In this document: one piece after another, positions 10,374 through 21,308 of the stretch | How positions within the stretch are numbered: the stretch's first letter is position 1 | Layout of the letters: each line of letters opens with the position of its first letter | Source: Candidatus Bathyarchaeota archaeon | Lineage (GTDB): Archaea; Thermoproteota; Bathyarchaeia; Bathyarchaeales; Bathycorpusculaceae | Direction of reading: 5' to 3' | Length of the DNA: 64,000 bases | NCBI GenBank assembly: GCA_963702095.1 | Contig: OY969706.1 | Coordinates: 1,216,001 to 1,280,000 of the forward strand | Notes under the pieces: model-generated | The model's database searches: none | The model's input: only the letters and a program-made list of their open reading frames with translations | What the model was told of the DNA's origin: nothing | Program-made: the position numbers and the translations under genes

Positions 10374-10868
10374 TTGGGACTGGGGAAAAACTTGCCGTAC
10401 ACGATTCGCTACCAATTCAGCCAAACCTTCAATGTGCCCGCCGAAGAAGCATACCAGTGGTGCACCGACTTCTCGCCAGACGACCCCGCCTTGATGGCTG
10501 AGGACAACGCTAAGCGAGAAATCACAAAGTTGACGGGTTCAGCGTTGATTTTGAAGGAAATTTTCCGCACCCCAGAGGGAACGGTCATAAAGGAAAAGCT
10601 TGTGCATCTCTACCCTGAACGGCTAACTTGGGTTTCAACACACCTAGGCGGCCCAAACAAGTACTCGCAGTTCATCTATGAAATCGAGGCGGAAACAGCG
10701 AATAATTCACGGTTGGACTTCACTGCCCAACATATCGAGCACCAAAACGAAATTTCTCCAGCGGAACTCATGAAATTAGCCGATAAACTATGCAATTACG
10801 ACGCTGAAGTTTGGAAGCTACTAGCAAAGGCAATGGATAAAGAGCTCTTGAAAAGTGGAAAATCTTAA
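10374..10868 (+). CDS. SRPBCC/START-like hypothetical protein
   Basis: FNVPAEEAYQWCTD start and C-terminal helix typical of the Bet v1-like fold. Confidence 0.55.
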   Translation: MGLGKNLPYTIRYQFSQTFNVPAEEAYQWCTDFSPDDPALMAEDNAKREITKLTGSALILKEIFRTPEGTVIKEKLVHLYPERLTWVSTHLGGPNKYSQFIYEIEAETANNSRLDFTAQHIEHQNEISPAELMKLADKLCNYDAEVWKLLAKAMDKELLKSGKS

Positions 10869-10902
10869 GAAACATAGCCCTCTATACCTTCACTGAACTC
10901 CA

Positions 10903-12519
10903 ATGCTAACCTCCACGGCAAAACGCTATAGTCTCCCCTTCTCAACCCACCAAACTAGGGAACCTGAGGTGGAGGCAGCAGCCGTTTTCTCTTTTGCCGA
11001 GACAAAGCGCAGTAAAGGCGGCGGTTTATTTACAAGGCAACCTCAAGAAACCCTGACGTTCATCGCCAAGCTGGGTTATCCCCTGTGGCTTTTTCCCCAT
11101 AACAACACCGCCTTAATCTTTGACAGCTTAGGCGGTTCAAACCGCAACGTGCCCTACGCCGAGGGAGCTTCTGCCGCCGCTTTTCTGGAACGGTTAGAAG
11201 CGAATGAGCGACCACGCGAAAAATACGTTGCTTTCTTATCAGACCATGGCAGCTATTTCCAGCAGCCCCCAAAAATGAAGCAGTTCCCGATGAATGGGTT
11301 GCTGGGCGACGCTGATTTTAAGGGTGAATTCAGGGTTTACCGAAAAGAAGCTGCCGAATTTATATCCTCTGAGGCGATGCTGCTGCCCCAGCTTGAAGAA
11401 CCAGCGATAACTATGCAGTTTGCTGAATTGGATAAGCTGCAAACTAGTCTGCAAGCCGACCAAGAAAAACTCGCTGAGTGCCTCCGCTTCGTAAAAAAAA
11501 CATCGGGACAATACTTGACCGAAATTGACTTTGAAGCAGCTGCAGCCACCGAAGAACTCAATGCAAGAATAAAAGCTCAAGAAGAACTCATCAACCCCCA
11601 AATAGCAAAACTCAACAAGGAATACCATCGAAAAATCAAAGATTTAACCGCAAGTTTCGACGATGAGTTGGATAGCCTCCAAAAACTCAGAGTTAAAACA
11701 GAGAAATACATTGACTCAACCGAAGCCAAAATCAGGGAATATGAACGTGAAGCTAAGGCACAGGGCAAAAAAGGGCATGAAATCTATGAGAAACGCTGGA
11801 AAGACAAAGTAAAGATTGCCCAAAAAGAGTTATCAGGACTCAAAAAAGAACTGAAAAAAATCACTGACAACACAAAAAAGGTTAGTAAACAGCAAGGCGA
11901 AGGGACCGCCCAGCTAAATTTTGAATGGGACGCCGAGGTCAAGCTGCTCCGTCAACCCCTGCTTGAGCTCGAAGCCGCGCGTAACCAGAAATTGGCTGCG
12001 TTCAAAGCGGAAAGCAACAAGCTGCTTTTGATTGAGAAACCCTTAGTCGACGGCTTAAACCAAAGCATCGAACTCGAAGAAAGCATTACTGGAGGATTTA
12101 ACAAGTTAGGAATAATCGACCCTCAACTGAAAAGTCCCATCTTAATCTATGTGCCCTTCTACGCAGTCTGCTATGAGGAGAGTTTGTCTAGACGCTGCCT
12201 CTACATTGCTCCCTCAACAGTTAACTCGGTTGATTTATCCGCTAAATTGAAGGGAGCGTTGGGTCTCTCAAGAACAGGGAATTTGCTTGCTCCACGCTTC
12301 AAAACAATCGCTGACCTCATCGGCAAAATCGGGGCACTTGCAAGCCAAAACAGTGCTCTACAGAGTCAACTATGGAGTTTAGGCGAAAAAAACAACCTCC
12401 TAAAAAACACCGTGTTCCGCGCTGCCGCAGAAAGCGGTTTGATCTATCTCAAGCATATAGGTTGGTTGTCTGAGCGGGAAACCGCCGATTTAATCGGCAG
12501 ATTAAGGCTTAACGGTTAG
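10903..12519 (+). CDS. large coiled-coil hypothetical protein
   Basis: 538 aa, long central K/E-rich heptad region between globular ends. Confidence 0.8.
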   Translation: MLTSTAKRYSLPFSTHQTREPEVEAAAVFSFAETKRSKGGGLFTRQPQETLTFIAKLGYPLWLFPHNNTALIFDSLGGSNRNVPYAEGASAAAFLERLEANERPREKYVAFLSDHGSYFQQPPKMKQFPMNGLLGDADFKGEFRVYRKEAAEFISSEAMLLPQLEEPAITMQFAELDKLQTSLQADQEKLAECLRFVKKTSGQYLTEIDFEAAAATEELNARIKAQEELINPQIAKLNKEYHRKIKDLTASFDDELDSLQKLRVKTEKYIDSTEAKIREYEREAKAQGKKGHEIYEKRWKDKVKIAQKELSGLKKELKKITDNTKKVSKQQGEGTAQLNFEWDAEVKLLRQPLLELEAARNQKLAAFKAESNKLLLIEKPLVDGLNQSIELEESITGGFNKLGIIDPQLKSPILIYVPFYAVCYEESLSRRCLYIAPSTVNSVDLSAKLKGALGLSRTGNLLAPRFKTIADLIGKIGALASQNSALQSQLWSLGEKNNLLKNTVFRAAAESGLIYLKHIGWLSERETADLIGRLRLNG

Positions 12520-12604
12520 TTGCCTCAAAAAACTTATTCTACTTCCTCCACAATTCTAGTTGCGCTCTGCGCGCGATTTATGGCAGACAAGTATCGTGGT
12601 CATT

Positions 12605-13306
12605 ATGGCGGATAGTAACGGTTACATCTTGCGGGTTACCGACCTGGGTGTCAGACTGCAAAACCAAACTTTACTGGAACACATAAGCTTCAACGCCAAA
12701 AAAGGCACCACCCTAGCGATTCTGGGCCCCAACGGAGCAGGAAAAACCGTTCTTTTCCGAACCCTACTGAACCGTGTTCCCCATACAGGCACAATCGATT
12801 GGACAGAGAAAGTAAAAATAGGCTACGTGCCTCAATACGTGACAGTTTCTGATGTTCCCATGTCTGTTACAGAGTTCCTCTCTATCGGCAGCGCAGGCAA
12901 AACAGACGTTGAGGGACTGTTGAGGCTTGTTAAGCTGCATGACAAAGGTGTAACAGACAAACGTTTAGGGGTTCTCTCGGGCGGTCAGTTGCGGCGGGTT
13001 CTGATTGCTTGGGCGCTAAAAGAAGATCCAAACGTTCTGTTGCTCGATGAACCCACCACCGGCGTTGACATGGACAGCGAAGAACCCATCTACCTCATGC
13101 TCAACGACATCAAAAAAACCAACCAGATGACCATTTTCCTCATAACCCACGACATACACATCATCCAAGAATACGCCGACGACTTGCTGGCAATCAACAA
13201 ATGCGTAACCTTCTGTGGTCCCGCACAGGAAATAGGCAAGCCGGAAACGCAGCGGATAATCTATGGCGAACCAGTCTGCGTTGAAAGCATACGAGGGCAA
13301 CCATAA
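12605..13306 (+). CDS. Zn/Mn ABC transporter ATP-binding subunit (ZnuC-like)
   Basis: GPNGAGKT, IGYVPQ, LSGGQ, LLLDEP, ITHD. Confidence 0.9.
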   Translation: MADSNGYILRVTDLGVRLQNQTLLEHISFNAKKGTTLAILGPNGAGKTVLFRTLLNRVPHTGTIDWTEKVKIGYVPQYVTVSDVPMSVTEFLSIGSAGKTDVEGLLRLVKLHDKGVTDKRLGVLSGGQLRRVLIAWALKEDPNVLLLDEPTTGVDMDSEEPIYLMLNDIKKTNQMTIFLITHDIHIIQEYADDLLAINKCVTFCGPAQEIGKPETQRIIYGEPVCVESIRGQP

Positions 13307-14094
13307 TGGAGTATTACAGTTTAGTGCTTTCGATTTTTGTGGGAGTCGCCGCCGGTTATTTGGGTTCTTTGATGGTGCTGGAAAGGATGGCGTTGGTAGG
13401 CGATGCCCTCTCACACGTTGCCCTGCCCGGTTTAGCCATTGGGATCATATTAGGCTTTAACCAGTTTCTAGGAGCCTTTCTTTTCCTTTTTGTTTCAGCC
13501 GTGATAATTTGGCATGTACAAAGAATCACGAAAATCAGTTACGAAGCCCTCGTCGGCGCAATGTTCACTTTGGCGTTGGCTATTGGTATACTGCTCTTCG
13601 GCGATAACTTGGATGCGCTTGAAGCCGCCTTCTTTGGCGATATATCAACGGTAACTTTGACCAGCGCCTTAGGTGCCATGGCAGTCTGTGTGGTAGCGAT
13701 AGTTGCTACAAAATTTGTCTACGACAAACTGGTGTTAGCCATGATTTCCGAAGACCTTGCTATAGCCAAAGGCATCAAAGTTGCACAGGTAAACCTGCTC
13801 TACCTTTTTTTAATCTCAATTATCGTCGCCATAAGCATCCAAATCGTTGGAACCCTGCTCGTCGGTTTCCTCGTCATCGTGCCCGCCATAGCCGCCAAAA
13901 ACCTGAGCACCCATATGAAACAGTATTCGCTTCTCAGCGCTGCTTTCGGCGCTGTCTCAGGGTTTGTCGGCGTGCTCTTATGGGACCTTGGCGGTTTCGG
14001 CTTAGCCTTCCCGGGGCCGATGGTGGTTTTTGTCGGAATCGCTATCTTCGTTGTTACAGTTATCATAAACTGGCGATTAAAAATTACAACATAG
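13306..14094 (+). CDS. Zn/Mn ABC transporter permease (ZnuB-like)
   Basis: GDALSHVALPG motif; TAATG overlap with the ATPase gene. Confidence 0.9.
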   Translation: MEYYSLVLSIFVGVAAGYLGSLMVLERMALVGDALSHVALPGLAIGIILGFNQFLGAFLFLFVSAVIIWHVQRITKISYEALVGAMFTLALAIGILLFGDNLDALEAAFFGDISTVTLTSALGAMAVCVVAIVATKFVYDKLVLAMISEDLAIAKGIKVAQVNLLYLFLISIIVAISIQIVGTLLVGFLVIVPAIAAKNLSTHMKQYSLLSAAFGAVSGFVGVLLWDLGGFGLAFPGPMVVFVGIAIFVVTVIINWRLKITT

Positions 14095-14104
14095 AGGCAA
14101 AAAC

Positions 14105-14536
14105 ATGAAAAAATATACAGGTAAAACCTCAACCGCCATAATACCCTACCCCAACGACAAGATACTGCTCATAAAACGCAACACCCGACCCTTCGTCGGT
14201 TACTGGGCGCTGCCAGGCGGAAGAATGGACCCCGGCGAAACCATCGAGCAAACCGTTGTCCGTGAAGTGAAAGAAGAAACAGGACTCCAAACGGAGATTG
14301 TGAGTGTAATAGGAGAATACGTTGAACGGGGCATAAAAGACGACATCGAATACGAGTATTACCCGACCTGCTTTGTGGTTAAAGTGGTCGGCGGAGAACT
14401 CAAAAAACAGGATAGTGAAATCCAGGAATTGCAACTCTTCTGCTTAGACGCTTTGCCGCAGCCATTGGCGTTTGAACATGAAAAAATGTTAGAAGATTAC
14501 GTTCACACCCCAAAAAAAGGCGTGAACGCAACTTAG
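14105..14536 (+). CDS. NUDIX hydrolase
   Basis: GGRMDPGETIEQTVVREVKEETG Nudix box. Confidence 0.92.
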   Translation: MKKYTGKTSTAIIPYPNDKILLIKRNTRPFVGYWALPGGRMDPGETIEQTVVREVKEETGLQTEIVSVIGEYVERGIKDDIEYEYYPTCFVVKVVGGELKKQDSEIQELQLFCLDALPQPLAFEHEKMLEDYVHTPKKGVNAT

Positions 14537-14548
14537 GATTTAGTGCGT

Positions 14549-15493
14549 TTATCTGCTGTTTTTTGTCTGAGGCGGAGGCGGTATCGGCACCACAGTGGCT
14601 TTTGAAAGGTTCTCCTGTTCGTTTAGTATCAGCGAGATCGCTTTGCCTTCTGGCACGATGATTTTAGTGTTGTTCTGCAGCGAAGTAGTTATTGTATCAA
14701 GTTGCTTGAATGTGATGGCGCTGTCTTTGAAGTAGGTCGTTAAGGCTTCGTTGCGCAGTTTAGTTGCCTCTGCGTCGCCTTCAGCGATGGCGATGGTTGC
14801 AGTCTTCTGCCCTTCAGCCTGCAGGATAGCGGCCTGCTTCATGCCTTCCGCCCGCTGGATAGCCGCGTTCTTTTCGCCGCTTGCTATGGTGGCTTGGGCG
14901 ATGGCGGTTTTCTCGGCTGCCTGGCGTTCGTTGTCGGCTTTAAGGACGGATTCCATGGAGCTCATTAAGCCCCGGGGCGGCTCAAGGTCCTTGATTTCTG
15001 CTCTGACGATTTCTATGCCCCAGTCTTCGGTTTGCTCGTCGAGGGCTTCTTTGAGTTTCGCGTTGATTGTGGGTCTTGAGGTGTTGGCTACTGTCATGTC
15101 CATGCCGCCGATGATGTCACGGAGCACGGTCCGTGCAAGTGTATCGATTTGGGATTCATAGTTGTTAACGAAGTACTGGGAGGCTTTGACTGATACTTCG
15201 TCGGTCTTCACTTTGTAGAAGACCACGGCGTCTACGCCCATGAAGACTTTGTCTTTGGTGATGACGTCTTGGCGCTGTACTGGTGTCATGCGTTCGGTGA
15301 TGTTGACTCTTATGATGCGGTCGATGATTGGGAAGAGGAAGGTTACGCCTCCTTCGACGAAACGGTGGTATTTGCCGAGTCGTTCGATTAGGCCTTTTTC
15401 GGTTGGTCTAACTATGCGTACGGTTGATATGAACAGATACGCCAATACGGCTATGGGGATTATTATTGCCAATATTACTAAGAGGTCTACCAT
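14549..15493 (-). CDS. SPFH/band 7 (stomatin/QmcA-like) protein
   Basis: ERLGKY, QDVITKD, WGIEIVRAEIKD, AEG repeats. Confidence 0.92.
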   Translation of the reverse strand: MVDLLVILAIIIPIAVLAYLFISTVRIVRPTEKGLIERLGKYHRFVEGGVTFLFPIIDRIIRVNITERMTPVQRQDVITKDKVFMGVDAVVFYKVKTDEVSVKASQYFVNNYESQIDTLARTVLRDIIGGMDMTVANTSRPTINAKLKEALDEQTEDWGIEIVRAEIKDLEPPRGLMSSMESVLKADNERQAAEKTAIAQATIASGEKNAAIQRAEGMKQAAILQAEGQKTATIAIAEGDAEATKLRNEALTTYFKDSAITFKQLDTITTSLQNNTKIIVPEGKAISLILNEQENLSKATVVPIPPPPQTKNSR

Positions 15494-15639
15494 GTTTTGC
15501 TCTCTCCTGTTTACTTGTTTTTTCTCTGTTTTGCTATCTGTGTATAGGGAGAATTAAAGTTTATTATTACATTATTATACAATCGTCTAGCGGGTATGTG
15601 AAGAGTATATACACAGATGCTACAGTATAGTGCAAATTT

Positions 15640-15770
15640 TTACTGAGATATAAAAAGCAATAAACAATCAGCGAGCGAAACCAAGCCAAAGCAGCAGCCA
15701 ACCCCCCAAACGCCAGAACAAAAAACCAAACCTAAGTTACTGTGCCACCACACGCACATATGCTTAAGTC
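15640..15770. repeat. C/A-rich intergenic tract, possible diverged member of repeat family A
   Basis: cagccaaccccccaaacgccagaacaaaaaac resembles the central part of copy A4. Confidence 0.3.
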
Positions 15771-15849
15771 CATAAATTAGGTATAAACCAAACGTAGTCC
15801 CTTGAGTTTTTCTAGTAGACGCTTTTAGCAATTTCTTTGAGATGAACAC

Positions 15850-17313
15850 ATGGCTAATGGCAAAAAGAAGGCTGGGTTGCTTGGTTCAATCGTTTTTCCT
15901 TTAGCGTTAGCTCAGTTTGTATGCAGCTATGCAGGATCCAACATGAACGTGGCAATCAGCGACATCGCCAGCGAACTGGGAACCACCGTCAACGGCGTTC
16001 AACTAGCCATCTCATTCTTCACAATGACTATGGCTGCTTTAATGATTCCCGGTAGCAAGTTAACCGACATTTCTGGGCGGAAAAAGATATTTTTGATCGG
16101 GTTGGGCGTTTACGCGGTTGGAGCATTGGTCGGTGCACTCGCCCCCGGTTTAGGTGTGTTAGTCTTTGGTTACTCTATACTGGAAGGGGTTGGCTCTGCA
16201 CTTCTTATTCCCCCCGTCTACATTCTACTAACCGTCACATCGGTTGGCATAACTAGAGCCAGGAACTTTGGAATTGTCAGCGCCGCCGCAGGGATAGGGT
16301 CTGCAGCAGGACCCTTAATCGGAGGTGTAATCACTACAGGAATAAGCTGGCGAGCATCCTTTATTCTTCAGGTCCTGATTGTTATAGCTATCATAATTCT
16401 TGCCATGCGAATCGTGGAGCCTCCCAAAGAAGGGCCAAAGCACCATTTTGATTTTGTCAGCGCTGTTCTCTCAGCTTTGGGTTTGGTTCTCATTGTTGTC
16501 GGTCTCCAGACAACTTCAACCTACGGTTGGTTTACCGCAACACAGAGCCTAATGATAAGCAATACCGTAATTATCCCTGAAGGGAGCGTTTCTCCCTTCT
16601 TGATTTTTCTTGTTGTAGGCTTTCTATTCAATATTGGCTTCTACTACTCCCTCAAACATAGAGAGCGAGTTGGGAAAGAACCCCTGATACAAACCCACAT
16701 CTTCCATAACCGCATATCCAACTTGGGACTGGTAACACAAAACGTTCAATGGCTCACGCTACAAGGAACCTTCTTTGTTATCTCAGTGTTTTTGCAAACT
16801 GTACGCGGATACACCGCAGTTCAAACTGGATTAATACTTACAGCCTCTACAATAGGAGTATTATTGACTTCAGCCATAGCGGGCAAGTTAGCTCAGAGAC
16901 GGTCACAGAGACTGCTGGTTAGAGGAGGGTTTATCATAACAATCCTTGGCATTGTTCTGCTTATTTTGTTGGCGCCTGATGCAGCTAGCGGCCCAATAAC
17001 CTACTTTTTGCCTGGGCTATTCTTGATAGGTGCCGGTATAGGTATAATGTTAACTTCTTCAGTTAACGTTGTGCAATCAGCGTTTGGCGAAAAAGACCAA
17101 GGTGAAATCTCTGGGCTTTCCCGAAGCATATCAAACTTGGGGTCGTCGCTTGGTGTGTCAATCGTCGGTTCCGTCTTGGTATCTTCACTTCTACCACAGA
17201 ATGAACCGTATGGATTAGCGCTCATTGTGATGGTTATAATTGCGATGGTTGGTTTGGCTGCAGCGATACTGATTCCTAAAACTCCAAAGCACCCCACTGA
17301 AGAATCCGAATAG
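15850..17313 (+). CDS. MFS transporter (DHA2-like, 14 TM)
   Basis: GSKLTDISGRKK motif A, GPLIGG...WR motif. Confidence 0.9.
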   Translation: MANGKKKAGLLGSIVFPLALAQFVCSYAGSNMNVAISDIASELGTTVNGVQLAISFFTMTMAALMIPGSKLTDISGRKKIFLIGLGVYAVGALVGALAPGLGVLVFGYSILEGVGSALLIPPVYILLTVTSVGITRARNFGIVSAAAGIGSAAGPLIGGVITTGISWRASFILQVLIVIAIIILAMRIVEPPKEGPKHHFDFVSAVLSALGLVLIVVGLQTTSTYGWFTATQSLMISNTVIIPEGSVSPFLIFLVVGFLFNIGFYYSLKHRERVGKEPLIQTHIFHNRISNLGLVTQNVQWLTLQGTFFVISVFLQTVRGYTAVQTGLILTASTIGVLLTSAIAGKLAQRRSQRLLVRGGFIITILGIVLLILLAPDAASGPITYFLPGLFLIGAGIGIMLTSSVNVVQSAFGEKDQGEISGLSRSISNLGSSLGVSIVGSVLVSSLLPQNEPYGLALIVMVIIAMVGLAAAILIPKTPKHPTEESE

Positions 17314-17422
17314 ATGACGCTCACCTAAGAGGGAACGCCTGCTCTCTTGCGAGAAGTGATAATTTTAAAGTAATTGCTGTCAGAGGCTGCAGTTATAACC
17401 TATGCGAGAAAACGGTTTTCAC

Positions 17423-17440
17423 AAAAAAAAAGAAAAAATA
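17423..17440 (-). terminator. oligo-T terminator-like tract downstream of the multicopper oxidase
   Basis: T-rich run on the minus strand about 20 nt after the stop. Confidence 0.45.
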
Positions 17441-17459
17441 GAAGGTTAACTTGTCTGCT

Positions 17460-19567
17460 TTAATAGTTTCTTCCGTTCCAGCAGGAACAATGTTTTGGCG
17501 GTGGGTTTGGATAGCTGTTTGTTGTGCCAGTGACATAGTAAGGACGCATCATTTCGTTGTCTTCATGGTCTATTATGTGACAGTGCCAGACATATCCTGG
17601 TCCGTAGGTCGGGTCAAAGGAGTATAGGTTAACGCCTGGTTTAGGTGCACAGGGTCCACTAACGGGTGCATCTTGCGGTGCCCATCTAATGCGTATAACA
17701 GTCACATAGCCCGGCGGTGTCTGTATTGTATCTTTCCATGCGTGTTCATTAGCCGCAGGTGGTTCTGGATGGCCCAGTCAAGTATGACTGAACTGAAAGT
17801 GTCTGTGGAACCTCATCGTTGGGTACTGGAACTTCTCCGTTGAGTGCTTTCCAATCCATCTCATACTGCATAGCGTCGAAAGGTATACGGTAAACTACTT
17901 GGAACTGTGTTAGGTGGGTGTGTATCGGGTGTGTATCCATGGTTGGGTTGACAAGCCACCAGTCTTCAGTCGATCCTACTTTTGGAGTCTCAGTGATAAC
18001 GCCCATCCATCGCTGGCCATTTAAGAATACTCCAAGGGGTTCATCTGCGGCGTTGACTTCTTCAAAGTATGGCAGGGTTCTGCTTGGACTGTCTGCCTTA
18101 AGTGTGGGGAAAGTATTGCCTTTTAGAGTCGGCTCAAGGAAGTGTGGTAGGTTCTTTGCTTTGAATCCATAATGGTTGCCTACTGTGAACTGCATTATTT
18201 GCCCAGTATTCTCATCAATAGGGTCACCGTTTGGGAATGGTGCATTAGCATTGTTACTCATTATTACTTTTGTTCCGGGTGCAAGCTTTGAGAAGTCAAC
18301 AAGAATTCCTGCGCGTTCGCCTGGCGCAATCAACAATGAGTTCATTTGGACTGCTGTCTGTTCATAGCCGCCGTCAGTCATGATTTCGGTGAATGCAACA
18401 GCTTGTCCTGTTCCCACTACTGTTAAGCTTATGTTGTAGAATCTTGCGTTTGAACCATCTAGGCATGCGGAAGAAGTATTGGCCTCGATCAACGTTTAGG
18501 TTTGGCCAAACTTTACCGTTTACCATGATGGTGTTTCCGAAAAACTCTGGGTTCCAGTAGGGGTGGACATCAGGGACATTGCCTTCGCTTGGGAACCACA
18601 TTGAACCGTCAGTGTTAAACGAGCGGTCTTGAATGGCTATGGGGATGTCATATTTGCCGGTTGGTAGTTTGTTGGCTATGGGGTCGCATGGGTCGCGGAT
18701 AAGCCAGAAGCCTGCGAGACCAGACATGACATTTAGGCGGGTAACGCCTAATGCGTGATCATGGTACCATATAGTGGCGGGTTGTTGCTCGTTTGGATAG
18801 TAGTAGACTGCAGAGTTTGCTGAGGTGGGTTTTGCTGTCGCATAATCCATGCCGTGAGTGCCGTCGGCGGTGAACCACTGTTCGGGTCCGCCGTCAGAAT
18901 CGGACCTAACGACTGCTCCGTGGACGTGTGTCACCAGTGGAACTGGCGATTGTGCATCCCAACCGTTGGGATTAAGGGTTGTGTCATCGACTTGGATTGG
19001 TTGACCGTTGTATCCTGGTGGATAGGGCGGTGCAAGACCCATACCTGCTTGCATTGTTGCTTCCATCATTGGAATTTGGTTGGGGTTTGCCCAGTGAAGA
19101 GTTGAGTCGACTGCGAACATTTCAGGTTGGGTTATTTTGTTTGTCCAGGTAACCTGTACTGGAACGTCGCGTATTGTGTCGAATGTTGCTCCGGGTGAGT
19201 TGCGGAAGTATCCGAGGTATTTACCTGTGACTGCATCTTTAGCGATTCCACCGTAGCCCCAAACTGTTGTTTGTCCAAAACCTGTGGGGTTTCCGTTGGC
19301 ATCGGTTGTTGGTAGGATTTGTTCGGTGAACTGGGTCATGTCAATTTTGTATTGCTGGGTCCATTGGCGGGTTTTGCAGTCATAGGAATAGGTTGGCACG
19401 TAGACAGGGGGTATTACTAGTTGATTGACGTATTTCGGTATTAGAGAGGGGTCGAGTGTTGGTTGGTCGACTATTTGTGCGTTTGCAGTGTTTGGATTTA
19501 AGATAGCGAACATCGATAGCAGCATTGAAGCTACTAAAACTATTGCTAATTTATTTTTTAAGCCCAT
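17460..19567 (-). CDS. secreted multicopper oxidase (CotA/bilirubin-oxidase-like), split by two +1 frameshifts (~18462, ~17774)
   Basis: Signal peptide; copper motifs THVHG, WYHDH, HPIHTH, WHCHIIDHEDNEM spread across three consecutive ORFs. Confidence 0.88.
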
Positions 19568-19592
19568 TTTAACTGCCTCAAAAATCGAGCGT

Positions 19593-19618
19593 ATTACACA
19601 TCTAATTACACATCTAAT
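19593..19618. repeat. tandem direct repeat (ATTACACATCTA)x2 upstream of the oxidase
   Basis: Perfect 12-bp duplication about 25-50 nt 5' of the start. Confidence 0.7.
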
Positions 19619-19811
19619 CTGTTCAAAAACGAATTAGAAGTAACTTAATCTGCTCAATTGTACATTCGAGTGAGCACTATTAATCAGTTTGTTGTAGCTT
19701 GATGGCAACTACTTCGTTAAATTGACCCTGTGCAATCAACACTTACAAGTTGCGGCAAATATCGGATATTAGAACTAAAAAGCAATCAAGCGGAAATATG
19801 AGAGAAAAAAG

Positions 19812-19888
19812 CGGGCCCGGTGGGATTTGAACCCACGATCTCCGGCTCCGAAAGGCCGACACCTTAATCCGTGCTAGGCTACGAGCCC
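19812..19888 (-). tRNA. tRNA-Arg(TCG) with 8-nt anticodon loop
   Basis: Acceptor GGGCTCG/CGGGCCC, D-loop GGA (A20 Arg identity), loop CTTTCGGA, T arm GTGGG-TTCAAAT-CCCAC, followed by a T6 tract. Confidence 0.88.
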
Positions 19889-20073
19889 ATATTCATGCAA
19901 TTAGGCTGGCTACTTACATTTTAGTTTTGCGTGAGACGGATATGAGATTTGGTATTTGCTAAATTGTGTCTGCTTTCGGCAAATCTCATCACAATTTATC
20001 ACTTATGGCAAGAGAAATAGATTCTTTTTCTTAAAGACAAAAAAGGGAAAGTGAAGTTGCTTTTCACTTCATT

Positions 20074-20853
20074 TTACGGTCGTTTTCTAAGAAGTAAGAT
20101 GCCTAGCACTGCGCCAACGATTATGATTACTACTGCAATAATAGCGATGCCCATCCAGAGGTCTGATGTCGTTGCTAGTCCTGACTGCGGTGGTGCTGCT
20201 GTTGGTTGGGGTGCTGTAGCGTCTGTTGCGGTGAAGCCTGCTGAAGCGGCGGATGGCCAGTAGCTGTTGGAGCCATCAAAGTTAGCGTAGACTGTGAAGT
20301 CTCCTGAGATATCAGGTGTCCAAGTGTAGGTGTATGTTCCATAAGCATCGCTTGTGGTGCTGCCGATTTGTCGGTAGTTGCCGTTTGCGTCGAGGACGTA
20401 TAGGTTGATTGGGACGCCAGTGGTGTTGTATGGCATTGGCTGCTGCTGGTAAACGGTTTCCATGAATGCGCTCTGGCATTCGTCGGAGACAGCTGGAACG
20501 CCGTTGGGGTAGTTGAGCTTCACAGCGTTTTGTTCTGTGCCTGGCGAAACGTCGGTTACTCTGCCTGAAATGGTTATCGGTGTTGCTGTTGTTACGCCAA
20601 CGCTTGGAGCTGACACTGTGAGTGAGGTCGGTCCTTTGGCAAAGGCGTAAACTTGGTTGTCGTATTCGTTGACTGAGATGTAGACTCCTTGAGCAATCGC
20701 GTGGGCTCTGGTGTATGTGCCGAGTTCTTTCCAGATTAAGCTGCCATCGGTCATGTTGAGTGCTATAACTTGTGCACCGTGGAACAGCGGTGGGTCATAC
20801 TCGTGGCGGATACCATAGTAAGCTACGTTGCCGCTTTGGCAAGCCATACCCAT
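20074..20853 (-). pseudogene. C-terminal remnant of large PQQ-propeller surface protein
   Basis: Last propeller blades, Ig-like domain (GRVTDVSPGT...FDGSNSYWPS), TM + RKRP; no signal peptide or N-terminal domains. Confidence 0.7.
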
Positions 20854-21308
20854 AAAGCAAGCAGTAAGTATTTAGAATTTGCCATAACAAACAGAACTCC
20901 GATTGCCAGCCCGACAGACAGAACGCCAGCCCCGCAACAGACCAAAAGCCAGCCCCGTAGGTGACAGTTTTTCACACATCTACCTCAAAAACCTCCCTTC
21001 GGGTTGGGTAACGCAGACTTCACAGAACCCTAATTTCAGTGTATCATATTGGTCAGCATTTAAGCTTTTGCCAAGGCAGACTTCCGCTAAGTCGCTCGGA
21101 GAGTTAAAAATAGTTTGAAAAGTTAAGTAGAAATAATTTAGAGAGACAAAACGGCTCTATTTTGCTGATAAAAAAGAAAAATGCAAGATACCCTCAGAGT
21201 AGCGAATCTCTATCAGCTTGAACTTCTGGGCAACGATTTAAAAATTGAAACTTGGCCCCAGGCTAAAAAGATAGTCTTAAAAGCAAATTACGGTTATATT
21301 GACTGTTT

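Noticed and set aside
12605-14094. Metal ABC operon lacking a binding protein
   Set aside because: The binding subunit is often encoded elsewhere and cannot be judged from one window
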